Shown here in pieces: positions 12,704 through 26,865 of a stretch of DNA of 64,000 bases. Positions within the stretch are counted from its first letter, which is position 1, and each line of letters opens with the position of its first letter. The notes beneath the pieces were generated by a model. It saw only the letters and a program-made list of their open reading frames with translations, did no database searches and was not told the origin of the DNA. The position numbers and the translations under genes were made by a program. Origin of the DNA: Octopus sinensis (lineage: Eukaryota); the NCBI RefSeq assembly GCF_006345805.1, contig NC_043015.1, positions 18,848,001 to 18,912,000 on the forward strand, in the 5' to 3' direction.

Positions 12704-13003
12704 TTATTTATTTATGCGCTCTTTTCAAGCCTAGCCAGGCTTATGGGCACGGTTTCCCGGTTTCTATGGCGTATGTGTTCTCCCCAGCTGGACGGGACGC
12801 CAGTCCATCGCAGCATTACTCAAGAAGTAGGAAGAAAGAGTGAGAGAAAGAGTACAACAGGGGTCGCCACAACCCCCTGCCGGAGCCTCGTGGAGCTTTA
12901 GGTGTTTTCGCTCAATAAACACACACAGCGCCCGGTCTGGGAATCGAAACCGCGATCCTCTGACCGCGAGCCCGCTGCCCAAACCACTGAGTCATTGCAC
13001 CTC
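12704..13003 (-). mobile_element. tRNA-derived SINE with V-domain-like core, copy 1, within (AAT)n
   Basis: Minus strand: A box tgactcagtgg, B box ggtttcgattccc, core gcgatggactggcgtcccgtccag, (TAAA)n tail. Confidence 0.85.
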
Positions 13004-13105
<102 letters not shown>

Positions 13106-13405
13106 TTATTTATTTATGCGCTCTTTTCAAGCCTAGCCAGGCTTATGGGCACGGTTTCCCGGTTTCTATGGCGTATGTGTTCTCCCCAGCTGGACGGGAC
13201 GCCAGTCCATCGCAGCATTACTCAAGAAGTAGGAAGAAAGAGTGAGAGAAAGAGTACAACAGGGGTCGCCACAACCCCCTGCCGGAGCCTCGTGGAGCTT
13301 TAGGTGTTTTCGCTCAATAAACACACACAGCGCCCGGTCTGGGAATCGAAACCGCGATCCTCTGACCGCGAGCCCGCTGCCCAAACCACTGAGTCATTGC
13401 ACCTC
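13106..13405 (-). mobile_element. Same SINE, copy 2 (apparently identical, period 402 bp)
   Basis: ORFs 12764 and 13166 have identical translations; the copies are separated by (AAT)n. Confidence 0.85.
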
Positions 13406-13459
<54 letters not shown>

Positions 13460-13469
13460 TAATAACAAC

Positions 13470-13625
13470 AACATTGAAAATACCTTAGGAATGAGAAGCC
13501 AGGTTCGAAATTTCCCCAAGACACCTGATGAAGACAGGAGGGTATATCAGCCGAAACGTTGTATTAACAACGAACAAGATGAGGACAAATATCCGTCAAA
13601 TGTAAATAATGTACCTAATTCTTAA
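13470..13625 (+). mobile_element. Short (AAT)n-associated repeat with a degenerate minimal hammerhead motif (13520-13565)
   Basis: gacac-CTGATGA-a-gacagg...cagcc-GAAACGTT-gtatt. A second copy lies at 24880-25005 on the minus strand. Confidence 0.55.
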
Positions 13626-13636
13626 ATATAGTACTG

Positions 13637-13685
<49 letters not shown>

Positions 13686-13686
13686 A

Positions 13687-13829
<143 letters not shown>

Positions 13830-14278
13830 TATATATTTATATACTTATATATACATGTATTTATGCATATGTTGATATATGAAAATACATGTATGTGTGT
13901 GTGGTGTGTGTGTGAGAGTGTGTATGTGAATGTATGTATGGTGACTGCTCCATCTTTACAGTGGATTATTGTTGTCTCTTTGTGCTTCCTCGTTGACTTC
14001 CCGTCCATGACTTTCCGCTGCAAGTCTGCATAGAGTGAAGCATAGATTACAGGTGTAATTTGTAACTAATTGTGCTTTTCTAACTGGTTAGCTCAGCACA
14101 TGACACTCTTCCATCACCATAGGACTTCCAGTAGATGGAATGACAAATGAAATCAACATAAAGCGATATATGTACGCCATTGAATTATAGTGATAAAAGC
14201 TTGTACGACACGAGTATCACTCTCTAAGTTGCTGTAGTTAAATACCTAGTGACAGGCCGAAGCGTGACATTGTAGGTT

Positions 14279-14545
14279 TTACAGCAAAATATTTTTCTCC
14301 TGGAAGAATGCTTGTACATCAGCTAGGGATCCCTCATTCTCGGTGGTTTTACTGTGCGCGCTGATACCAACCATGGGTATTTCTTCGTCCATACGCTCAT
14401 ATTGATTGTCATCACACATGCTAGTCAACCCATAGCTGGGACTCTGACTGGTGTTCGTACATTTGGTCAGAATAGACTGGGAACAGTAGTGACTAAGAGG
14501 TGGTTCTTCAAAATAAGCGGAAATCTCAACCACAGTCCCATTACT
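14279..14545 (-). CDS. Candidate host-gene exon, product unknown
   Basis: About 88 stop-free codons of non-repetitive composition (NGTVVEISAYFEEPP...YERMDEEIPMVG...DVQAFFQEK) after a possible acceptor (ctgcatctag). No family recognised. Confidence 0.3.
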   Translation of the reverse strand, partial: SNGTVVEISAYFEEPPLSHYCSQSILTKCTNTSQSPSYGLTSMCDDNQYERMDEEIPMVGISAHSKTTENEGSLADVQAFFQEKNILL

Positions 14546-14639
14546 AGATGCAGTTTAAAGTTATACCCAGGAAGTATTTATATATATATTTCTAGATTGA
14601 TGGATGGATGGCTAGATAGATATAGAGGGCTATTATGCC

Positions 14640-15300
14640 ACTATTAACCCGATCGTTCTCAATCAAGCACTGATTTATAGCATGAAACGTTCCGAATTGT
14701 CCCGACGCGAAGTAGATATTACGCTTGCCGCGCGAGCCACTCTAATTGATTTTGATGGTAGATTATGTAGTAGATTAGATAAGGAGAACGCACTTGATAT
14801 AGTAATGGGCTCATATGATTCTGCTCAGGCCAGTGACCTGGTTGGAATATATATCCTTTCATTAATCCAGTCTTCCTTTCCGGAAGTAACAGAGGGTCGA
14901 TATAGGGATGACGCCTTATTTTTTTCTTGATTGAAGCAGCAAAGTACAATTAGAAAGGCATAGGAAAAATTTCTTCAGTTTTTTTTTTAAGATATGGGAC
15001 TAAATATTACTATGGGTAAAGATTATCGTAGAGTGAATTCTCTTGATGCTAGTTTCTGTCTTGTTACTGGATTATTTTATCCATTTCGTAAGCCAAATGA
15101 TCATATTAAGTACATTAACGTATCATCCAACCATCCACCCTCGATAATACGGGTATTAGTTAATAATATTTCTACACGAATTTCTAGATTATCCACTAAT
15201 AATAAAATGTTTGAATCACGCACAACTTATTATAATGTTGCTCTAGCTAGGGCTGGGTACCGTGAAAACATTCAATATATACAAGAAGCAGGCATATACA
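14640..15300 (+). mobile_element. Penelope-like element reverse transcriptase fragment (frameshifted)
   Basis: DIVMGSYDSAQASDLVGIYIL..YRDDAL and VNSLDASF..PFRKPND..YINVSSNHPPSII are PLE RT motifs (MGSYDG..LVGL; YRDD; SNHPP). Confidence 0.9.
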
Positions 15301-15620
15301 CAACACTAGTAATTCCTCCAATTGTAATACGCATTGTACACCAACACAACGTCCCGGTTTGAGAACTCCCTCAGAGAATATAGGCAACGAAAACCCATAG
15401 ATTCACGCGACATAATAATCCAACTGCTTGTCCCAATCCATCTGTGATTTTATCTTTAAACTTCTATATAAATGAAGATATTTTCTGCGTCTGGCTGTCT
15501 TTCTTTTTACAAAGCGAGAAGTTATATTGCGGAACTGTTATATTAACAAGTTGTATCTATTTATCATCCGACGAAATACATCTGCACTGCCGGATGCTCC
15601 TGAACCAGTTGATGAGTGAC

Positions 15621-16050
15621 GACCTCGGCGGAATTTGAACTCAGAACGTAGTGGCACACGAAATACCTATTTCTTTACTACCCACAAGGGGCTAAACACA
15701 GAGAGGACAAACAAGGATAGACAAACGGATTAAATCGATTATATCACCCCCAGTGCGTAACTGGTCCTTAATTTATCGACCCCTAAAAGAATGAAAGGCA
15801 AAGTCGACCTCGGCGGAATTTGAACTCAGAACGTAGCGGCAGACGAAATACCTATTTCTTTACTACCCACAAGGGGCTAAACATAGAGGGGAACAAACAA
15901 GGACAGACAAACGGATTAAGTCGATTACATCGACCCCAGTGCGTAACTGGTACTTATTTAATCGCTCCCCGAAAGGATGAAAGGCAAAGTCAACCTCTGC
16001 GGAATTTGAACTCAGAACGTAGCGGCTGACGAAATACCGCTAAGCATTTT
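15621..16050 (-). mobile_element. Head-to-tail array of a second tRNA-derived SINE family (184 bp period)
   Basis: Junctions aaagaaata|ggtatttcg (SINE sense) at 15853/15852 and 15669/15668. B box gagttcaaattcc. Confidence 0.9.
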
Positions 16051-17149
16051 TGAATACATTTCTTTCTACGTCTTGACAGTACATTAATAGCAGCATTAGA
16101 AGTAAATTAAGATATAATGAGCAAGTTAACTCCGGAAATTATGTCTGAGTAAAATGTCAGTGAAAGAAACAAGTTGATGCTTTGCTGTTGAGCCATTTAA
16201 CTGACGAAAATGCCCAAATAAATTATTAAAGCAATAGAAATTGAATCCGAAGCATAGGTTGAAAGCTGTCACAGTGACTTTGAAAATTTACGACCATTAT
16301 TTGATCGGGACGTCTTCGAAAATTTCTGGAGATGGAAATACAAAATAACATTATCATAATGCATACAATATATGAATGACTAAATGCATTTTGTAAAATT
16401 GTACAAAAATTAATATGTTGTCGAAAATCCATTTCTTGTGAACTGAAACGTATCATTTTGATACACAGAACATAATGGTAAAAGTGACTGTTGTATCATA
16501 GCTGTCATCGCAGATACCATGAATTATTAATGAATTTTACTGTGAATTATTCATGTTGAACACAATTCAGCCATTTTGAGAATTAAAAATTCTTTATCCG
16601 AGTACTTTAGACATCTTAAACCAATTTTTTACATTAGCTTAAGGTGATTTATTTTGAAAGTCAATTGAAGTTGATATCACGGCATGCCTCGTTACTGGAT
16701 GAAAAGTAAAATTGCTTCTCAGATGGATCTGAATCAGAAATATATAAGAACAAACAACAGCTATATGTTATTTAAGCCTACTACTCTCTCATTTCTGCCA
16801 CTTTATTATTTTTACCACATTGTTTCAATAAGAATTGGCATTTCATTTACTTTTGAAGCAGAAAACTGGGAGAACTTGTATAAAAGTTGAGGGGATATTC
16901 AGAATTAGCTTTCTAAAATAGATAATCGAATATACTATTTAAATTCACATATAAAAGAAGAACTAAACTCTATACTATTTAGTTACTTAGATATCAATGT
17001 TTCGAATCCTTTTACTTTCGTAGAGTCACTGATGTCGTTCGGAAAAAATATGAAGTCAAACATCCCAACATTTTCACCCACGAATGCACGAGACTTTCAG
17101 CCTAATAAGTAAAGAAAATATAGACGGAAACATCTAAGCTTATTTATCT

Positions 17150-17314
17150 TTTATTTTTTATTTGTTTCAATCATTGAACTGCGGCCATGTGGGAGCACTG
17201 CCTTGATAAGTTATTCTTTCAGTTTCTTATTGCCGAACTGCTAAGTTACAGGGCCAGAAACAAGCCTACACCAGTTGTCTTGCGGTGGTGGTGGGTGGGC
17301 AAACACACACAAAG

Positions 17315-17352
<38 letters not shown>

Positions 17353-17535
17353 ACACACATACATACACACACACACACAAAACACATGCAAAGGGCTTTT
17401 TCAGTCTACACCAGACCCACTCACAAGGCCTTTGTCGGCAGGGGACTATAGTAGTAGTCACTTGCTCAAAGTGTCACGCTGTGGGACTGAACCTGAAAGT
17501 ATGTGCTTGAGAAACAAACGTCTTACTACACAGCC
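17150..17535 (-). mobile_element. Diverged near full-length tRNA-derived SINE with internal (CA)n
   Basis: Homologous to 57174-57545 (ctgtgggactgaacc, cacaaggcctttgtcggc). Confidence 0.8.
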
Positions 17536-17704
17536 ACGAAAAATAATGCCAATAAGTCAGTTAAATAGATTCAGCAGGAAAATCATAGATTTTTTAAACA
17601 AAAATCTATGGTATTTAAGATCCACAGGTGTTAAAAATCAGTGTGAAATAAAATAAATGAAAATCACGTTCAGATGATCGTCGATTTTATCCTGGAAGGG
17701 GCGA

Positions 17705-17871
17705 CCTTTTGATGGACGGAATTTCTAGTTAACTAAACAATTTGAAACTTCGTATACTGGTAGAATGTGTCAAACGAAAACATTAATTTCACTTGGCTTT
17801 TTTGAGAAAATTGTAATTTGTAAGTTTTACGTAGTTTAATTCTTCGAATTTTAACCAATCGTATTCTCTCT
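17705..17871 (+). repeat. Left arm of a 167 bp inverted repeat (partner at 21480-21646); MITE/TIR-like
   Basis: ccttttgatggacggaatttctag...ccaatcgtattctctc is the reverse complement of 21480-21646 with few mismatches. Confidence 0.9.
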
Positions 17872-19544
17872 TTTGAGCTGAAATCATTTGCTGCGTCTAA
17901 ACATACTGTTACTGTGACGTAAACAGCTATTTTGTGACGTAGTTACGTAGACAGCTAAATTCGTTTGACAAGCTTGAGATCCTAAACAACTAAATTCGTT
18001 TGGAAAGCCTGAGTATATATAAAATTAGTGTTTAAATTATTTTCCATTGTTTGCATTGCTTTATAGAATTTTTAAGTTATTCGTTTTGTATAAAATTATT
18101 ATTCGTTTTGTTTGTATTTACTTGTTTACTTGTTGCGTAAAATTCGTTTGTGCATGCCTAGTTATGGTTTATATTAGGGATACGTAAAATTCGTTTGTGC
18201 ATGCCTTGTTATGGTTTATGTTAGGGTTAGAGCAATGGTCTAGAATTGGCATCAGATGGCATACTAAATTGTAAATGGCCACGTTTACTGTATGCTAAAC
18301 TGGCACTAGAGATTTAATGAAACAGTTTACCTATCAGAATTTAAGTCATGAAAGGGTTAGTTAGCATTGTCAACACACTTCACATTTCTCTGTTTCTGTG
18401 AGCAATGAAATAAAACACTAGATAAGGAGTGGGTCAATATAGTTGACATTATTTCCTCCTATAAAAGTTTTGGCTATGTACCTTTGTTAGAAATTCTTAT
18501 TTGTACTAATATAAAGTGCGAGCAAGAGAACACCTGTAGGCTTTCCTAAACTGTTAATGTGAATGTAGATGATGTCTTTTTTCAACTTGTGTAAATTAAT
18601 GTCTGATGAGAATGTGATTCCATGTAGAAGCTGCCATTCTGGAGATAAATGATTGGATAAAATATTTAGTAAAAGGTTCTAGCTGTGAGACATGTTAAAG
18701 ATGATGATGTGGGCTCAGTTTGATATAGTATACAGCTTACTAATTCACAGGAATAGTAGTGGGTGTTTGGGGTTTTTTCCCATGTTTTATTTGAACAATT
18801 TGGCTGGATAAAGGGGGCTGTATCCTTGCCTTTTGCATTCCTTCTGAGACAAAAGGCAAGAGCTGTGCCTTCAAAACTGGTAAGATTGACGTAGTTGATC
18901 TTGAATAAAATGTGTGGATGGTTGCAGAGGAAATAACATGGACAAGGGAATTTCAGAAGGCTGACAATCTGGTAAGAAAGAATTTAATGCTTAGTTTGCA
19001 GGTGAATTACACGCTACGTGATCTCCGAGCCTTTTGTCGCCAGATACTGTAACATGGTTTGTATCCAATATAGTAGTACCACCACTATTGGGATAATGGC
19101 CTAAAATATGTGGTACCAGTGTGATAAAATAAGATAATGCAGCAGCAATAACAACGTAACTATCTCTCAAGAACCTACAAATATTCCAAATGAACAAATC
19201 AACCCACACTCTCGAATTTCACTATGAAATAACACAAACTACATACACTCTCTCGGTTCAGTCCATTCCTCACAAGAGGGTACCTTGACTCTCATCACAA
19301 CACTGAGAGTGTAAGAGGTAACTTAAGGTTGCTAACTTTGTTCTGCCGACAAATTTCCATTTATTTATTCTTAAGCTTCTCTTACTGCTGGAAACCACCT
19401 CTGCCTGGTACTGGCATTTATGTGAACAATGTAGACAATTGACAAGTATCAGATGCCACAATACATAAATTCATTATTTATTAAAATTATCTTCAATTGT
19501 AGAAGTATCATAATTACTAAATGGTAATCGATTAGCATATTCAG

Positions 19545-21479
19545 GACCATTTAGTCACCTACCAATCTGGTAGACACACTAGTCAAATTGACTACATCCT
19601 CACTAGAAAACAGGAAAAACGACTACTTGTTAATGCCCAAACCTTCCCAGGTGAAGAATGTACCCCACAACATAGATTAGTAGTTAGCGACTTCAGGATC
19701 AGGGCTAAATGGATGCCCAGAAGAAGACCAGAATAGTCTGGAAGCTTAAGGATCCTGCAAAAAGAGATTGAGAGACATATTACTCAAAGCTGTGGAAGAC
19801 AACTGGAGGCTTCTACAGGACAACCTTTTGAGGGCTAGTGACCAGATCTGTGGATGGTGCAAAGTCTCCTCTCAACCCAAGGTAACGTGGTGGTGGAACA
19901 ATGTTGTTGACAGGGCTAGTAAGGAAAAGAAACAGGGTTTGAAGGACTGGAAGACCGGTGATAGCAGGGAATTGTATCAGACTACCAAAAGGGAAGCTAG
20001 GAGATAGGTTTATTTGGCCAGAGGGGAAGCAGATAAGGAAAAATTTGCCAATGTTCTGCGCCGTGATGACCAAAGACTTGAAGTATTTTTCTGTTGCCAG
20101 ACAGTGTGTGAGAGAGAATCGCGATGTCCTAGGAGAGAAATGTGTCCGCATGGGTGATGGTTCACTTGCTTTAAACGAAGCTGCAAAGAAACAGGTTTGG
20201 AGACGCCATTATGAAAGTTTGCTAAATAAAGTGAATGAATGTGAGAAAGAGAGTCTGCCGAATGCCGGCCCAGCAGAGGGAACAGCTATCTATCTAAATT
20301 GACAGTGCCTTGGTAGGTAAAGCAATTAAGGGTATGAAGACAGGGAAAGCCCCCGGACAATCAGGAATCACCACAGAGATGTTCAAAATATCTGGCAGTG
20401 TCGGCTATAGCCTAGTCAACCAGGTGATACATGAAGGAGTCATACCCAGTGACTGGTGTAGCAGCACCATAGTCAACTGCTAACAAAGGTAAAGGTGACG
20501 CATTAGATACAAATAATTACAGAGGTATCAAGTTGTTGGATCAGGTAATAAAGGTCACGGAGAGGGTCATAGCCCAAGTAATTAGGGAGAGAGGCAGTCT
20601 AGATGAGATGCAGTTTCGGTTCGTGCCAGGGGAAAGCACCACTGATGCTATATTTCTGATAAGACAGATGCAGGAGAAATAGCTAGTCTAAGATAAAACT
20701 CTGTATCTGGTTTTCATTGACAGGGTCCCCCAATCCCCTATCTGGTGGTCAATGAGGAGACTAGGGATGGATGAATGTTTATTGAGAGCTGTACAAGCCA
20801 AGTACAGTAAGGTGAGGGTTGGCAACGAGTACAGTGAAGAATATCGAGTAGGGGTTAGGGTCAACCTAAGATCAGTCCTCAGCCCCCTTTTATTCATTAT
20901 AGTCCTCCAGGCAATAACAGAGGAATTCAAGACAGGCTGCCCCTGGGAGCTCCTCTATGCTGATGATCTTGCACTAATAGCAGAGTCACTGCCGGAACTG
21001 GAGCCAAAGGTTAGGGCGTGGAAGCAAAGTCTAGAATTGAATGGCCTTAGGGTTAACCTAGCCCAAACCAAAGTTTTAGTTAGATTTGGCTGTCAAATCA
21101 CAAACACCTCTGTAGAAAAGGCATTGGTAGAAACTCCATACGATGCACCCGGTGTAAGCTATGGACACATAGTGGCAGATGCAGTGGGGCAATAAACACT
21201 GAAGGTGTTCAGAAAACAGCTTCCATTACATGCCTGGGGAAGAAACTAGAAGTAGTAAATACTTTCTACTACCTAGGCGACCAAGTATGTAGTGGGAGTG
21301 ATTGCTCTGCGAGTGTAGCAACTAAAGTAATAATAGCCTGAGCAAATTCAGGGAGCTCCTACCTCTGCTGGCAGCTAATGGCCTCTCAGGGGGAAAGATA
21401 GACTGTATGATGCATGTGTGTGAACTGCCATGCTATACGGTAGTGAAACATGGGCCATGAATGCCGAGGACATGCGTAA
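19545..21479 (+). mobile_element. Decayed RTE-like LINE (end of APE endonuclease plus RT)
   Basis: IDYILTR..FPGEECTPQHRLVVSDF; TWWWN; QFRFVPG; LSPLLFIIVL; LLYADDLALIA; MLYGSETWA. Many stops and frameshifts. Confidence 0.9.
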
Positions 21480-21646
21480 AGAGAGAATACGATTGGTTAA
21501 AATTCGAAGAATTAAACTACGTAAAACTTACAAATTACAATTTTCTCAAAAAAGCCAAGTAAAATTAATGTTTTCTTTTGACACATTCTACCAGTATACG
21601 AAGTTTCAAATTGTTTAGTTAACTAGAAATTCCGTCCATCAAAAGG
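21480..21646 (-). repeat. Right arm of the 167 bp inverted repeat
   Basis: Reverse complement of 17705-17871. Confidence 0.9.
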
Positions 21647-21976
21647 AAAAGATCAGCGACCTCTTATTTCTGTAACCAAGTTAAGCTTGAATGACATTTT
21701 TTAAATCATTTCATTATACGTAAACCTCCCCACTTTACGTCTGTCTTTGTATTGTCTCCCTCATCCTTCGCCCTTGTGGCAAACAAAATGAAATCATCAT
21801 CATCATCATTATTATTATTTAGTATATCTTTCAGTTTGGATATAGACTACACTTAACAGTGTTATGATATACAAAAAATAAATCAGTAACAAACAGGTAG
21901 CAAACTTATATCTCTTCTCAACCACTTCTGCGATTGCCTTCACAAATGCGACTGCACACACCACACTATACTATCT

Positions 21977-23270
21977 CTTTTATTTGGCACATAGGCCATG
22001 GCACAGAGGGGACATCACAACGACAGACAGAACACCACAGTGGAGACAAAAACATAAAAGGAATGCATGCGGGATGAATGAATAATAATAATGAGGATGA
22101 AATGGCTGCATTGAGCCCCACTCTTAAGCAGTACCATTTAAATGTTTTAACACAGTTTTTATTCATTTTTCTTTCTCTTTTCCCCTTTTTATTTTTTAGC
22201 ATCGTATTTATAGTCAATTACATTTTAACGTCTTACTTTTTAGAAGTTCATGAATGGTTCTAAATCTTTGTTCATCGAACCTTCCTCCGTGTCCTCCTCA
22301 ATTTCTAGTACTGCCAGTTCGACACTCTGTTCCTGTTCGGTACTCTACTGCTGTTGCTCTTCTTCACTTTCATTATCTTTCTGGGGATACCTTGCTCTGA
22401 AGTGTCCCGTCTCGCTACATTGATAACAGGTTGGTGGTCTTCCCTCCACCACTACTCTCAATCTCACGTAGTCCGGCAATACCACTTCTTCCGCTATTTC
22501 GTGTAAGTCTTTTAGACTGACTTGGATGGCCATTTCAAGGCCATATCCCTAGCAGTTTACTTTTTCCTTACTTTTAAGGTTTTTGCGTCTTCCTCCATAT
22601 TATGCATAATGGCTGCCACCAGCCACGCCTCTTTAATCTCCGGTGATATTCTGCCTATTCCTCCCCTAGCCACTCTTTTGCCACAGTAAGTTGGCAGAAG
22701 TACCCACTCTTGCGTCCTTAGCATCACAGTGGAGTGATTTATCGCTTCCTGTTCGTTCGCGAACCTCACCTCCACTGTACCGTATTTCCTTCCTTTCGAG
22801 TAGAATGTTGTGAGGCTTTTTATTTCCTTCAAACGCTCTTCTATGGCTTCCGCTGTGGCTATTTCGATTTTTAGTTGACGTGGACAGTGTTCTGTAGACA
22901 ACTGTTCGCTTTGTTACGCTGGCCGTTAAATATTCCGGCGGGGCCAGCCTTCAACTGGTTCCTTCCTTCTCAATTAGCCCATTGTAGTCTTTTAGATTCT
23001 TTGGCTCAATCTTCACTCCTCGAACCCCTAACACATCAGTAGTTAAACCGCTTCCAGTGGCTGAAGCATAACTGCTAGCCTATGCTGGAACTGGTCTTCT
23101 TTTTTTCTCCACTTCACCCATAAATGGGGAACAAAACAAATACAAAATCACACGCACGTAGGCTAAAAACAGCAATAGTAAATTAACAATTCCAGAAATA
23201 GGTTCACCCATACGGGAGACCTTCAACTACTTACAGGGATCAATAATGATTTAACGCAACAGAAAAACAG
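21977..23270 (-). mobile_element. ORF1-only retroelement, distant relative of 52908-57175 (decayed RRM-like plus CCHC ORF at about 22300-22980)
   Basis: LAPPEYL..RTVVYRT; SKGRKYGTVEVRF..LLPTYCGKR; EGRPPTCYQCSETGHF. These align with the 53.6 and 55.6 kb ORFs. Ends in AAATAAA near 21978; no RT. Confidence 0.8.
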
Positions 23271-23595
23271 CTGATTTTTAATTATCCACAAGGGGCCAAC
23301 AAAGAGGGGACAATACAATTAAATGTGGGGACGCATAACACAAAAATGAAATTTAAAATATGATATACTGAAAATGAGAAATGGAGATGTGCTGCTTGCC
23401 ACATCACAAGCATCACTTACTTCCTTTTATCTTGAGAGTCCTTTTAATACGTCCTATCCACATTTTTCTATCAGTTGTATCAACTCTCCCGAAAAGAAAA
23501 ACAGCGTGGTGTACTTGGCATTGTCTGTATACATGCGCCTTTATAAGGTTTAGGGCAGTTCACTTCCTATCTCACAAGGTGTCAGGATTTCACAA

Positions 23596-23652
<57 letters not shown>

Positions 23653-23872
23653 AGCGTTGAGCTGACAGAATCGTTAGCATGCTGGACAAAATGCTTAGCA
23701 GTATTTCACCCATCGCTACATTCTGAGTTCAAATTCTGGTGCGGTCGATTTCGCCTTTCGTCTTTTCTGGGTCGTCGTTAAATTAAATGCCAGTCAAGTA
23801 CTGGGGTCCATGTGATCGATTTACCCGACAAAAAAAAAAAATTCAGGCCTTGTGTCTACAATAGAAAGGATT
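23653..23872 (+). mobile_element. tRNA-derived SINE (family of 15621, 44228, 49730) between (ATT)n and (TTC)n
   Basis: cagaatcgttagc...aaatgcttagcagtatttc...ctgagttcaaatt. Confidence 0.85.
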
Positions 23873-23959
23873 CTTCTTCTTCTTCTTCTTCTTCTTCTTC
23901 TTCTTCTTCTTCTCTTCTTCTTCTTCTTCTTCTTCTTCTTCTTCTTCTTCTTCTTCTTC

Positions 23960-26374
<2,415 letters not shown>

Positions 26375-26429
26375 TCATTCCCACTTGAGAAGCAGAGCTT
26401 CGGACATTTCTCGCTATTCAGGCCGGAAT

Positions 26430-26510
26430 ACTACAGCCTCGAGCCGATCAAAGCCTTGTCAGTGGATTTCGTAAACGGAAACTGAAAGAAAGCTGTCGTA
26501 TATATGTGTA

Positions 26511-26559
<49 letters not shown>

Positions 26560-26865
26560 GTGTGTGTGTGTCTTTGCGCCTGTTTTTGCTCCCATCACAA
26601 CTTGATAACCGGTACTTATTCAATCAGTTTCTTAACTGAACTGCTAAGTTATGTGGGGCGCAAACAAAGACACACACACACACACATAGACATACACACA
26701 CACGACGGGCTTCTTTCAGTTTCTGTCTACCAAATCTAGTCATTAGGCTTTGGTCGGCCCGAGGTTATAGTTGATAACACTTGCTGAATGTCCAACGCTG
26801 TGGGACTGAACCCCGGAACCATGAGGTTGGGAAGCAAACTTCTCACTACACATCCACGCCTGCGT
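26430..26865. mobile_element. Two oppositely oriented fragments of the tRNA-derived SINE separated by microsatellites
   Basis: Plus-strand aaagccttgt..acggaaactgaaagaa at about 26450; minus-strand copy at 26610-26865. Confidence 0.75.

Noticed and set aside
16198-16250. CTGACGA ... GAAAT
   Set aside because: Helix II does not close and there is no helix I.
18600-18660. CTGATGA followed by a gaatg/cattc stem
   Set aside because: No GAAA follows the stem.
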